Below the pieces are notes generated by a model that saw nothing but the letters and a program-made list of their open reading frames with translations, made no database searches and was not told the origin of the DNA. Of a DNA stretch of 64,000 nt, positions 24,360 through 37,689 are shown piece by piece. The position numbers and the translations under genes were made by a program. The DNA lies in assembly GCA_964016885.1 (NCBI GenBank), contig OZ024741.1:166718001-166782000 (forward strand), read 5' to 3'. Each line of letters begins with the position of its first letter. Within the stretch, counting starts at the first letter, position 1. This DNA comes from Eledone cirrhosa. Lineage: Eukaryota.

Positions 24360-27300
24360 TCCTGGCTCCAATATTTTCCATGTCCATGTTTCTTTTTCTC
24401 TGATCCAATATTGTCCTTAGTCAAGTTTCTTTCTCCCTAATCCAATACTGTCCTTAGTCAATTTCTCTCTCCCTGTTCCAATATTTCCCATGTCCATGTC
24501 TCTCTCTCCCTGATCCAATACTTTCCTTAGTCAATTTTCTCTCTCCCTGATCCAATACTGTCCTTAGTCAAGTTTCTCTCTCCCTAATCCAATACTGTCC
24601 TTAGTCAGGTTTCCCTCTCCCTGATCCAATACTTTCCATGTCCATGTTTCCTTCTACTTGATCCAATACTTTACATGCCCAAATCTCTCTCTCCCTGATC
24701 CAATACTTTCCTTAGTCATGTTTCTCTCTCCTTGATCCAATACTGTCCTTAATCAAGTTTCTCTCTCCTTGATCCAATACTTTCCTTAGTCAATTTCTCT
24801 CTCCCTGATCCAATATTTTCCATGTCCATATCTCTCTCTCCCTGATCCAATACTGTCCTTAGTCAAGTTTCTCTCTCCCTGATCCAATACTGTCCTTAGT
24901 CAAGTAACTCTCTCCCTGATCCAATATTTTCCATGTCCATGTCTCTCTCTCCCTGATCCAATACTGTCCTTAGTCAAGTTTCTCTCTCCCTGATCCAATA
25001 TTTTCCATGTCCATGTCTCTCTCTCCCTGATCCAATACTGTCCTTAGTCAAGTTTCTCTCTCACTGATCCAATACTGTCCTTAGTCATGTTTCTCTCTCA
25101 CTGATCCAATACTGTCCTTAATCAAGTTTCTCTCTCACTGATCCAATACTGTCCTTAGTCATGTCTCTCTCTCCCTGATCCAATACTGTCCTTAGTCATG
25201 TTTCTCTCTCACTGATCCAATACTGTCCTTAGTCATGTTTCTCTCTCACTGATCCAATACTGTCCTTAGTCATGTTTCTCTCTCACTGATCCAATACTGT
25301 CCTTAGTCATGTTTCTCTCTCACTGATCCAATACTGTCCTTAGTCATGTCTCTCTCTCACTGATCCAATACTGTCCTTAGTCATGTTTCTCTCTCACTGA
25401 TCCAATACTGTCCTTAGTCATGTTTCTCTCTCACTGATCCAATACTGTCCTTAGTCATGTTTCTCTCTCACTGATCCAATACTGTCCTTAGTCATGTCTC
25501 TCTCTCACTGATCCAATACTGTCCTTAGTCATGTTTCTCTCTCACTGATCCAATACTGTCCTTAGTCATGTTTCTCTCTCACTGATCCAATACTGTCCTT
25601 AGTCATGTTTCTCTTTCCCTGATCCAATACTGTCCTTAGTCAAGTTTCTCTCTCCCTAATCCAATACTGTCCTTAGTCAGGTTTCCCTCTCCCTGATCCA
25701 ATACTTTCCATGTCCATGTTTCCTTCTACTTGATCCAATACTTTACATGTCCAAATCTCTCTCTCCCTGATCCAATACTTTCCTTAGTCATGTTTCTCTC
25801 TCCTTGATCCAATACTGTCCTTAATCAAGTTTCTCTCTCCTTGATCCAATACTTTCCTTAGTCAATTTCTCTCTCCCTGATCCAATATTTTCCATGTCCA
25901 TATCTCTCTCTCCCTGATCCAATACTGTCCTTAGTCAAGTTTCTCTCTCCCTGATCCAATACTGTCCTTAGTCAAGTTTCTCTCTCCCTGATCCAATATT
26001 TTCCATGTCCATGTCTCTCTCTCCCTGATCCAATACTGTCCTTAGTCAAGTTTCTCTCTCCCTGATCCAATATTTTCCATGTCCATGTCTCTCTCTCCCT
26101 GATCCAATACTGTCCTTAGTCAAGTTTCTCTCTCACTGATCCAATACTGTCCTTAGTCATGTTTCTCTCTCACTGATCCAATACTGTCCTTAATCAAGTT
26201 TCTCTCTCACTGATCCAATACTGTCCTTAGTCATGTCTCTCTCTCCCTGATCCAATACTGTCCTTAGTCATGTTTCTCTCTCACTGATCCAATACTGTCC
26301 TTAGTCATGTTTCTCTCTCACTGATCCAATACTGTCCTTAGTCATGTTTCTCTCTCACTGATCCAATACTGTCCTTAGTCATGTTTCTCTCTCACTGATC
26401 CAATACTGTCCTTAGTCATGTCTCTCTCTCACTGATCCAATACTGTCCTTAGTCATGTTTCTCTCTCACTGATCCAATACTGTCCTTAGTCATGTTTCTC
26501 TCTCACTGATCCAATACTGTCCTTAGTCATGTTTCTCTCTCACTGATCCAATACTGTCCTTAGTCATGTCTCTCTCTCACTGATCCAATACTGTCCTTAG
26601 TCATGTTTCTCTCTCACTGATCCAATACTGTCCTTAGTCATGTTTCTCTCTCACTGATCCAATACTGTCCTTAGTCATGTTTCTCTTTCCCTGATCCAAT
26701 ACTGTCCTTAGTCATGTTTCTCTCTCACTGATCCAATACTGTCCTTAGTCAAGTTTCTCTCTCCCTGATCCAATATTTTCCATGTCCATGTCTCTCTCTC
26801 CCTGATCCAATACTGTCCTTAGTCATGTTTCTCTCTCACTGATCCAATACTGTCCTTAGTCATGTCTCTCTCTCACTGATCCAATACTGTCCTTAGTCAT
26901 GTTTCTCTCTCACTGATCCAATACTGTCCTTAGTCAAGTTTCTCTCTGCCTGATCCAATACTGTCCTTAGTCATGTTTCTCTCTCACTGATCCAATACTG
27001 TCCTTAGTCATGTTTCTCTCTCACTGATCCAATACTGTCCTTAGTCATGTTTCTCTTTCCCTGATCCAATACTGTCCTTAGTCATGTTTCTCTCTCACTG
27101 ATCCAATACTGTCCTTAGTCAAGTTTCTCTCACTGATCCAATACTGTCCTTAGTCATGTTTCTCTCTCACTGATCCAATACTGTCCTTAGTCATGTTTCT
27201 CTTTCCCTGATCCAATACTGTCCTTAGTCATGTTTCTCTCTCACTGATCCAATACTGTCCTTAGTCAAGTTTCTCTCACTGATCCAATACTGTCCTTAGT

Positions 27301-27480
27301 CAAGTTTCTCTCACTGATCCAATACTGTCCTTAGTCAAGTTTCTCTCTCACTGATCCAATACTGTTCTTAGTCATGTTTCTCTTTCCCTGATCCAATACT
27401 GTCCTTAGTCATGTTTCTCTCTGCCTGATCCAATACTGTCCTTAGTCAAGTTTCTCTCTCCCTGATCCCATACTTTCCAT
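24360..27480. repeat. 37-bp minisatellite (CTGATCCAATACTGTCCTTAGTCATGTTTCTCTCTCA)n, about 84 units
   Basis: Period 37 (CTGATCC at 25212 and 25249). A block of variant units recurs about 1072 bp apart (24581 vs 25653). Confidence 0.95.
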
Positions 27481-27752
27481 GTCTGTGCTTTCCTTGGTCC
27501 TGTTTCCCTCACTCTATATTGTGTGTTCCAGCTGTCTTTTCTGTTATTTCTTCTTCAATATGATGGTGATGAATTTGTTTTGCAAGTTTTTTGGTATGGA
27601 ATCCTGGAATACTAAGGACAAAAAGTTGATAGTCAAGGCTGAACTCTAAATTATTGATAATTGTTTTTTCAAATTTTGTGTTTAACTTTTGTTAAACAAA
27701 AAATATTTTTTATTGTGTAATTTTAAACTTTTCACTTGGATTTCTTACTGAT

Positions 27753-27818
27753 TATTTCTGCCTATGAAAATACTGGTCTAAACCTCAATCGACCAGAGTT
27801 GGATAAATTTGAGAAATA
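27753..27818 (+). promoter_or_regulatory. SECIS element (type I) in the putative 3' UTR of the MIEN1-like gene
   Basis: Helix I TATTTCT(27753-59)/AGAAATA(27812-18). Core ATGAA(27764-68)/GGAT(27801-04). Helix II AATACTGGTC/GACCAGAGTT (9 of 10 paired). Apical AAA (27780-82) lies 12 nt after ATGA. Same strand as, and downstream of, the TGA-containing gene. Confidence 0.85.
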
Positions 27819-27856
27819 GCCAGTGAAAAACTCAACTGAAAATTATTTGTTTGGAG

Positions 27857-27862
27857 ATTAAA
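27857..27862 (+). terminator. Candidate polyadenylation signal (ATTAAA) just after the SECIS
   Basis: ATTAAA followed by a TG/T-rich tract. AATAAA hexamers also occur near 28836 and 28863. The region is AT-rich, so this is weak evidence. Confidence 0.3.
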
Positions 27863-28289
27863 TTAAAAAAAATTATAATGTGTCTGTATTTATTTTTTCT
27901 GAAATGTATTTTTGACAATTTTTTTTACCAACATGTTGCCCTTGCTATACTCCAAGACTCCAAGGTAACACTTTATTCTCTCTGTTGGGACATTGTGGAA
28001 GCACACACCTGGAGTTCTGCATCCTGGAAAAGCAGAGCGGACGAACTGTAGGGCATGTCAGCCTTTCATCAACTTGTTCATGCTGTTACTGTTGACCACT
28101 ACATACAAACATACATGTGTACATATGACACTATGAAGCTAAATTTTTCATGTAGAAAGTGTATGTACAAACATCAGTTAAATTGCAAAACTAATTGTTC
28201 AGATTTTGTTTACATTATGTATAAAATGTTCAATATTGGGACAAGTAGAGTGGGTGTGCAAATTTAGACAGTTGTATGCATACAGATCA

Positions 28290-28481
28290 CAGACTTGCCA
28301 ACCTCTAAAAACCCAAATGGGGAGTATCATGAAAAAAGTGCCCCAAAAATGGGGAGAAATGAGGCAAAATGTGAAGATTTTACATAATGAAAGCTATACC
28401 CATTTTCACAAAAATGGGGAGACAGGGAGAAATGAGCTAAAATGAGATCTCCCTGTCAGATAGGGAGAGTTGACAGGTCTG
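28290..28481. mobile_element. Non-autonomous TIR element with 6-bp TSD (same family as 4942-5289)
   Basis: TIRs CAGACTTGCCAAC and GTTGACAGGTCTG; TSD AGATCA. Confidence 0.7.
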
Positions 28482-28909
28482 AGATCATTGCAGTTGACTT
28501 CAAAAAAACATATGACTGCCCGGCATGGAAATCTTTAAGCTAACCTACCCTTCAGTGTGCTTCAACTATTTTTCAGATTTTGTATTAGAAGCTTCCTATC
28601 AGATTTCTGTGTGCACTGATATGGCTGTCACTCTCTTACCCACACTTTATAAACTCTGGTACGCCCCATTCTTCCTCCACAATATTAATAACTTGCTGAA
28701 GATAATATCAATTTTCATTTCCTTCCAAACTTCTGCACACACATTTATAACCCTCACAGCAGACCTGCATTGCCTCCATGAATTAGGATCTCAAAAGTAT
28801 TTTGCTGTTGGGACATAATCTTATTTCATTTAACCAATAAAGATACCTTTACAGCTGATGTAAATAAATCACTCGTATATCTCACCATCTCTAGTCTTGG
28901 ACAATACCA

Positions 28910-29790
28910 TCATAATCATAATCATTTAACGTCCATTTTCCCTGGTAGCAAGGGTTGGATGGATCTTCACAGACTGAATCAGTACTCAAATGGAGTCACT
29001 GACCTCTCCAATAAGCCGGGTGTCTGCATCTTGCTTATATACATTCCAGTGCTCTACCAAATGCATTTTATTCTTTAGATTCCTTACCCTCCGCTAAAGT
29101 TTCCTACATTTCTGATTTGCCACCCCAATATTTTCATAATTGTCTCTTATCTTTAATGACTGTCTATGTTACTGTTCCACCACCAGGTTACCTTTTGTCT
29201 AACTGGTGCCTTGCTCCAGCCATTAGTCAATAGCCTGTTGTAGGTTGTCATGTAAGAACTTCCAATTATCTTCCTCTATAATATGTTTATCCTGTGTGCA
29301 TCGTAGAGCTGAAATTAAATTTACAGAAAAGTCCTTTTGGTTTCATTCCCTCATTTAGATTTTCCTGTATGTTTGATTTCGCATGGTTTTTATTCTAATT
29401 TCACTAATAACTAATGTTCTTTGGTGCATTCTTTCTTGGGAAAGAACTTAGTTTTCACAACCATCTGTCTATTCAGTTTTCTAATGAACAAGAAATCAAT
29501 ATGGCTTGTGTGTTCACATGATAGGTAGGTGATCAAGTGGCTAGTTGGTTTCCTGAAGTTAGTATTGCAAATAGGTCATTTACAGCACAGAATTCTAGAA
29601 GCCTTGATCCTTCATTTTTTTAGCCATATCTATAGCCACTATGTACTCCAGTGTGCTGTCCAACATGTCCATTGTAGTTGTCAGCTAGAATGATGTTTAT
29701 AACAACATAAGGATTCTGTAGAAATGGTCTAATATAACACGCATAACAAAAGCATCGAGGTCCTTGCTGAAGAGCAACAAGAATAATTGA
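28910..29790 (-). mobile_element. Internally deleted RTE LINE remnant
   Basis: ILADNYNGHVGQ (APE) and an RTE-like 3' tail similar to 23140-23208. Confidence 0.7.
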
Positions 29791-30031
29791 AATGCCTTGC
29801 ATGTAAACAATTTAGTAGCAAACTATTTTTTAAGGAAAGTACTACAGACGGAAAATTCGTAAATACAATATATGTATATATATGGGCATGTAACTCCTGG
29901 TAGAGTAGTAAAGACACCGTAGTAACATATGGTGCGTCTTTGTATTTAAATCTGGTGGAGCCTATCCCCTATCCAGGTATAAACACAGCTGATTTCTTCC
30001 AGTGGGAGAGAGAGGAGAATGAGAGATATAT

Positions 30032-30128
30032 ATACAAGGTATCCTAAAAAAATGTATACAGCATTCTAATAAATATTGCCTGTACAGATAATAAAAGTGT
30101 GTAAACATTTTCTTTGGGACACTCTGTA
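30032..30128. mobile_element. About 100-bp Tc1/mariner-type MITE (second copy at 42366-42468)
   Basis: TIRs resemble CAGGGTGTCCCAAAA with TA flanks; both copies share the core ATTCTAATAAATATTGCCTGTACAG. Confidence 0.6.
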
Positions 30129-31456
30129 TATAGAGAGGAAGACTCTAGTATTGGATTTGTATTTTATTTATCGATCTCGAATGGAACAAAGGAAAAGTTG
30201 ACCGCGGCTTGATTTGGACTCAGAGATCACAGAAAGATGGAACGAATACACAACGTATTCTATCCAACGCTCTAACAATCCTGCCAACGCACCGCCGCCT
30301 CGTAAATACACTTTTCTTCTTTCTATCCTTTAATCTGTAACTCCTGGTGGTGGTGTAGGGGTACCGTAGTGACATACAGCGTTTCTTGGGAATTTTTAAA
30401 ACCCGGTGAAATCCGTTTCTTCTCCATGTTTAAACACGGCCTATTTCTTCCAGAGAAGGAGAGAGAGTGAGAAAGAGATACAATTGAGCCCAGTTCTAGA
30501 CTGGTATTCTATTCATCGACCTCGAAAGGATGAAAAACGAAGTTGACCTCAGCAAGAATTGAATTCTGTGAGTAGCAAACAAGAACGAAGATCACAAAGC
30601 ATTCTAACGACTTTGCCAATTCGCCGCGTTCGTAAATACACTCAAGCGATAAAAAGTTAAAAAAAACAAGCTTTAAGGGAAATAACTAAGAAAAGAAAAA
30701 AGAAAACACTTCAGGAGTAACGTCCCTTTAAATATATTTTTTTAAATAATCTGATTGAAATAAATTCGGGATTTGTTGATATGTCAGTCAGAGTTTAGAA
30801 CAAAATGCATTGCAGTATTTGTTCCTGCTCGCTACGATCTAATCTCAAGTCTTACAGAGATCTACTCGGCTTCATGGATTTGTTAGAGTATCGGAAACGG
30901 TGTGTTATCTATATTCTCCCTCACAACGTTCTTTAGTCCAAATCGCACACGCCCCGAAGTTTATACCTTTCAGACATTTAGTGACTGATTAAATGAACTA
31001 CCATCCCAATACTAAATTATTTTAGCGTCGGACAGTGAGATACCCTGAGGTAATTGATCAAGCTATTTATGTTCTGAGTTCCCAGATGGTCGACTCAATC
31101 CGTCAGCCATTTGAACATCACCGCGTAAACCTCGGCTACCTTTAGCATAGCTCACTCAATGGTAAGCATGTTGACCAGGCCTCCGGATTGAGAATTTTTT
31201 CTTCCCTATCAATTTCATGGTTGTTGCCTTTCGCTTATAAAAAAAATACCCCCCCCCCCAAAAAAAAAGACAAAAACATACCCCCTCCCCCAACCAACAT
31301 ACAAAACAAACAAATAAAAGACGATGAAAATAAATTAACCGCAACTCTGTCCAATACAGCAAATCCCGTTTACATAGCACTATGGCTAATGACATGACGA
31401 CTTTAACATATAGTATGTAGAGAAGTACAGGCGATCAAAATCATCATTAACAACAA

Positions 31457-32330
31457 ATAATTGTTTCTACTTTAGGCACAAGGCCAGCAAATTACCCAGT
31501 GCATTACTGGTACTTTTATTTTATCGACCCCGTAAGGATGAAAGGCAAAGTGAACCTCGGCGGGATTTGAAATCAGATCGTAAAGGGACGTAACTATGCT
31601 GGAAAGCATGGCGTCCGACCCTCCACCGATACTGCCAATCCACCGCCCTATAGTAGATAGCCATTATCATTAACAACAAATAATAATGGCTTCTACTATA
31701 GGCACAACTCTAGCAATTTTTAGGGAGGGGAAAGTCGATTAAATTGACCCCAGTGAAATGCTGGTGCTTTATTTTATTTACCCCGCTAACCTTTATTTAC
31801 AAAGCTAACCTCGGTGGGATTTGAACTCAGACCATAAAGGGCCGTAACAACATGCCGCAAAGCTTGGTTTCCAACGCTCTATTGATACTGTCAATCTACC
31901 GCCAAATAATGATTTAGACACAAGGCCAACAATTTTGGGGGAAGGGAAGGTCGTTTAAATCGATCACCAGTGTGTTAGTGGTTCTTTATTTTATTGACCT
32001 CGGTAAGGTTGAAGGACTAAGCTAATCGGCAGGATTTAAACTCATAATAATAATAATAATAATCTCGACGGGATTTGAACTCAGAACGTAAAGGGCCGTA
32101 ACTCTATGCCGCGAAGCATGTTGTCCACCACCCCCATTAACAAATAATTGTTTCTACTTTTGGCACAAGGCCAGTAATTATCCTAGTGTATTACTGGTAC
32201 TTTATTTTATCGACCTCGTAAGGATGAAAGGCAAAGTTAACCTCGGCGGGATTTGAACTCAGATCATAAAGGGCCGTAACTCTTTGCTGCAAAGCATGGC
32301 GTCCGACCCTCTACCGATACCGCCAATCCA
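31457..32330 (-). mobile_element. Cluster of about 5 SINE copies and fragments
   Basis: Family consensus repeated on the minus strand; CATTAACAACAAATAAT flanks the first copy on both sides. Confidence 0.85.
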
Positions 32331-32807
32331 GTGTAAAGATATGATGCGAAACCGTTACTGCAATAATTATGTACTGGGTATGTGTACTCTGAGTGCTGTT
32401 TTGTGTGTTTATATGTTATTAGCAATATGTTAAGTTTAGAAGTTAGTTTGATTTGTCAGTAAATCCAGTGTATGATATGATATGACAATAATCAGTGAAC
32501 CATTTAACCTAAAGTAATTAAAGTGGATGTTTGGATCTCCTAAACTGAACTTCAGTTATGCATTATATATTATTTAGGGTGAGTTTGGGAATAAACACCC
32601 CACACTTTAATGTAGCGTGTTTGTGTTTATGTAAAAAAAAGTGATCAATAAGACAAGTATCTCGAGCTACTCTTCTGAGAAATGTATTAAGTGGTCGATA
32701 ATCAATAAAAACATTCATGTGAAATTTCGCCATATTAAACTTTATATATATATATATATATAGTGACGAAACATAAGTCAATTTCATGAACTCATAATCC
32801 TTTATTT

Positions 32808-32863
32808 ACTGCTATATATATTTCGATGATAGCCATTGAATGACTATGATCTCATCAGACAGT
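32808..32863 (-). ncRNA. Type I hammerhead ribozyme motif
   Basis: Minus: ACTGT-CTGATGA-GATCATAGTCA-TTCAA-TGGCTATCATC-GAAA-TATATA-TA-GCAGT; intact core. Confidence 0.78.
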
Positions 32864-35426
32864 TAGTCAGTTCTTAGATATGCTAGCTCTGTGTTTATAG
32901 TGTTGATGGTATCAGAGCCTTGGGACATATGAGCTTGTTAGGAATAATTTAATGTTGTCAGCAGGAATAGTCTTGATTCTCATTGGTCAGTTTGTAGATG
33001 GTAGTAGGGTTGTAAAGAGGCAGGTGGTGTTGTAAAGTTCAAACCGTCAGGCAAGATGACAATAGTTCCATATGACTGATTTTCACACAAAGCATTCCTG
33101 GTCAGATATATATTCAATTAAGGTTAATAGTATGAAATAGATACTACAGGTCATTCTTAAATTGAGGAATTTATGTGGAGTGGTGCTACTCAAATTTATG
33201 GTTAGAGTAGGAAATTTACAAATAAAAAGACTTATGTAGGTTGGCTTGCACGTACACTCACACTCACCTCCAAAGACACACACACACATCCACACATACA
33301 AGATGTGGAGTGGTAAAACTTAAAATAATGGTTAGAGTCCAATACTTAGATAGTTTAGAAAATTTAAAAATAAAAGGTTTATGCTGGTTGACTTGTACAT
33401 ACACTCACACCTACCCCCTCAGACACTCACACATCTACACACACAAATCCATACAGGTGTGTATATATAGTATGTACATATGTACGCACAAGTATATATA
33501 TATATAAAATATATATTTATACACAGAACATACATATATATAAAATATATATATATACATAAAATACACACATACATAAAATATATACACACATAAATCA
33601 TACATACATATATATATATATAAAATACACATACATATACATATATATATAAAATATATACATATATATACATACATATATATATAAAATACACATATAT
33701 ACACACATAAAAAATATATAGATATACACATGATATATATACACATGATATATATAAAATCAGGTTCAATAAAACGTGGTTTATATGACTCCTAACCAGT
33801 AGAGGATCCGGTGGACCATCCACCATGGGGACCCCAAACTATGGGTGGTTGTTGTTGTCCATTGGTCATTGGTACGGGGTGTAGGGGACCTATGCATTCA
33901 TTACTATATATCCAATGATAGCACTTCACACAGAAATACATTTGCACAAATAATCCATTGTCGAATATGGCACTACACCTCAGTGGCACACCTTACACCA
34001 CAACTCCACACTCACTGATCCACCCTATCTTAACACAAATCGTTCCACCTATCTATAACTTTGTACACTAGAAATATCCCCATGTACACCTACTTTTAGT
34101 ATAATTACTTTCAATTACTTATAATTATATAGTGATACAATACAGTCTATGTAAACTTTAAATACCAGATTCGACAATGGATTATTTCTATGTGTGGAGT
34201 GCTATCATTGGATATATATAAAATTTATTTATTAACATAAGAGATCTGTATAACCTATATGTTGAGTGCAATGAATTGTGTATGAGTGATATGTGAGTCA
34301 TATATGCATGTATAACTTGATGGATGTATTAATGACATTGTAGGTGAGAGATGCTTTTTGGTCTGCCCTAGAGATGTATTTAGCTTTGCCATGTAGTCAG
34401 CTATACGTTGCCCCAGAGCTTACCAGGGGTTATATAGACGTAGTTCTAATAGGTCCCCTGGCAGGTACTGTGAGTAGACTACATTTACATAGATCTTTGA
34501 TATAAGGATGTGGCTCTTTGTATGGAATATTCAGTTGTAGCACTCTGTGATAGGGAGTAATCATCCTAATATAGATACCTTTAGTACTTCAAGATAGAGT
34601 AGACTGTAATTAAAAATATGATACCTAAAATTGGATACTGAGTATATAACCGTCTATATAAGGGACTCAATTGAGACACCTTATATTGTATGTTGGAATA
34701 ATAAATTTAGTTATAGAAATCAGCGAGTTACTTCCCCTTACGCATTAACTCCCCTTAATCACACACATACTTCCGGATAATATACCGATGTAAATTCTCG
34801 CAACAGAAACAACCTGCTCTATAAAATTGGATTAAAGTTCACTGAGCCGCAGCAAGCTAAAATAATTTTAATTTAATGCATCAAACATCCAATGCGAAAT
34901 CATCGTTAATTATGTGAAGGACGTATAAACTATATATTACGTTTCTTGAATATGAAAATGGTTGTGGATACAAAAACCATAACTTTATTTTGCTTCTCCT
35001 TTATACTATTTTTCTGCACGCATACTTCTGTATCATATACAAAAAAAATACCTTACCACTACAACCTCCATAATACTCTTACTTAACCGCTTTAAGTGCT
35101 TCTATTACATGTAACACTCTGCCGCATAATAATCATATATAAATGAGACACACGTGCATGCCTCACGTGTAACTAACGCATAAAATAACTAAAATAACTA
35201 CTACATCTGACTAACAAACTATCCTCTTGCATTATCTATGTTAACTGCCGATTGTATTTTGATTTTGCTTTGATTTTGTTTTAATGTGATTTTGATTTTG
35301 TATTTGAATTGCTATACAGAAATATAATATAATATATGTCACTCCACTGTACGTCAATATATACATATGTATCTATGTCTCTTGCGTTGCAAAGGAGGTC
35401 AATCATGTGTACAAACATTGAAAAAT

Positions 35427-35471
35427 GCTCCGAAGACCTCAAGCCTAGGTTTGGATGAAACAATTGTAAGT
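35427..35471 (+). ncRNA. Degenerate hammerhead motif
   Basis: GCT-CCGAAGA-(stem II)-GAAA-CAATTG-TA-AGT; core U changed to C, short stem I. Confidence 0.45.
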
Positions 35472-35668
35472 GAATAAATGCTTTGAACACAGCTTTGATT
35501 CTTGTGAATTCTATATAACTGCTCTGTAGAACAACTGATGTTATTACATTGAGCTATTTATCTTACTGGTAATAAGGTAGTAATAAATTACTGACCTTCA
35601 CTGTTTAGGGTTTAAAATATATATAACTATAATAAGTTTTAGTATATACATAACCATAAATAGTATCC

Positions 35669-35767
<99 letters not shown>

Positions 35768-36457
35768 TACATAGATACTGTATATATGTATATAACAAGT
35801 AGTAGGTTCGATATGATCGACTAAATCCAAATTAAATCGTCACCCCAGAAGAATTGCAATATAATGACTGAAAGAATAAAAGAAAAGATATACTCCCCCC
35901 CACCTCACACACACAACCATACAATCACACAGAGCAGTTGATACCTAACATATTTTGTTGCGGAACTCGAATTGTAATCTCTAAACAATCGTAGAACCCT
36001 AACTATATTTTCCGGAGACTTCCTATTTCATTAAGTTCAATGTTAAAAGAAACATTTATTTTAAAGAGAATATCTATTAGTATATTTTAAAAAAATGTAT
36101 AAAATTTAAAAGTTACCCTTTCACGCAAAACTGATTTCAAGGGAAATAACTACAAACATTCTTGACAAGTAATTTCCCTTTGAATGTTATATTCTCAAAT
36201 TGGTTGAAATAATTTTGACATTTGTTGGCATGTCAATGCCACATGATGGTATTGAGATGGCAATGCAGTATAGGTCGTAGTAGTGTGGTGGTATATTTGC
36301 AAGTAGTTATGCAGTAGTAATAGGGGTTGTCTATATATATACTATAATATGCATATATACAAATAAGGCTGTCCTTGCCTTATTTACACTAGTAGAAAAA
36401 CCACCCCCCGGGTGGTTTTCTGCTAGCACGTGTAGTGTGTATATTGATATTATACGC

Positions 36458-36502
<45 letters not shown>

Positions 36503-36807
36503 GATATGATACATCAAATAAAATCTTAATTGACAATATATAATACACAGAAATTGAGCGAAGATTGCGTTACACTGTCCTATTTAATCAGTAACGTAAT
36601 CTATGATACATTAAAAAAGACGATATTATATATAAACTGCATTAGGAGAAAATTAGTATGTTTATTTAAGCGATGGCCAACCGGAAATGTTGACATTTCA
36701 GAAATTTTAAACAAGTGAATCTTTAAATAAACAAAATATATATAATCAACAGCCACGAAATTTAGTAGATACATTATGTAATATTCATTCATTATTTATT
36801 CTTGGCA

Positions 36808-37110
36808 GAATTCAAATCCCGCCGAGGTTGACTTTGCCTTTCATCCTTACGGGGTCGATAAAATAAAGTACCAGTAATGCACTGGGTATTTGCTGGCCTT
36901 GTGCCAAAAAGTAGTAACAATTATTTATTCTTGGCAGTATAGGTAGAGAGTCGGACGCCATGCTTTCCAGCATAGTTACGTCCCTTTACGATCTGAGTTC
37001 AAATCCCGCCGAGGTTAACTTTGCCTTTCATCTTTACGGAGTCGATAAAATAAAGTACCAGTAATGTACTGGGTAATTGCTGGCCTTGTGCCAAATGTAG
37101 AAACAATTAT
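36808..37110 (+). mobile_element. Tandem SINE pair
   Basis: Two family copies, each preceded by ATTATTTATTCTTGGCAG. Confidence 0.85.
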
Positions 37111-37689
37111 TTATTCAAAGTAATCCAACTTATTTTACAAATGGCGTAAAAAAAAAAAAACCCGTACGCAATCCCGCAGACCTTCCTTTATTATAGTTTA
37201 GATACATGCATATTATAGTATATATTTATTTAATCAATTTAAATGTCCGTATAGAGCTAGTAAGGCACGAGAAACCTGGGGAAGTATCCAGTATTTCTTA
37301 CAGCTGAGAACAAAAAACAAGATGCACAGAGATAAGTGAATATAAAAATTAAAATTAAAATTAAAAATAACATAAAATGAAATAAAAATTAAAAAAAGAA
37401 GGCCAACAGAAGATGGGGGGGGGGGGAGGCAAAATAAACATTAAAAAAAGATAAAGAAAAATGTGAAGCAAGGGAAGTTGTAAAGTAACTAGGATGTTCT
37501 ATTGTTGAATCTTTTTATAACCTCCATGCACTCTATTATTTTGTTTATAGTGGGTAGATCTTTTACAATAGACTGTATCTCCAATTCTGTTACCTTTTTA
37601 ATGATTAGCTTGAAGATGTCCCCTCTCACATATAATACAGATCTCACGGATTCTTCTAGTGACGCTAAATTCTGCCAGTTGTAGACGGC

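Noticed and set aside
24360-27480. 37-bp array as a CRISPR array
   Set aside because: Head-to-tail units with no unique spacers, eukaryotic context, no cas genes.
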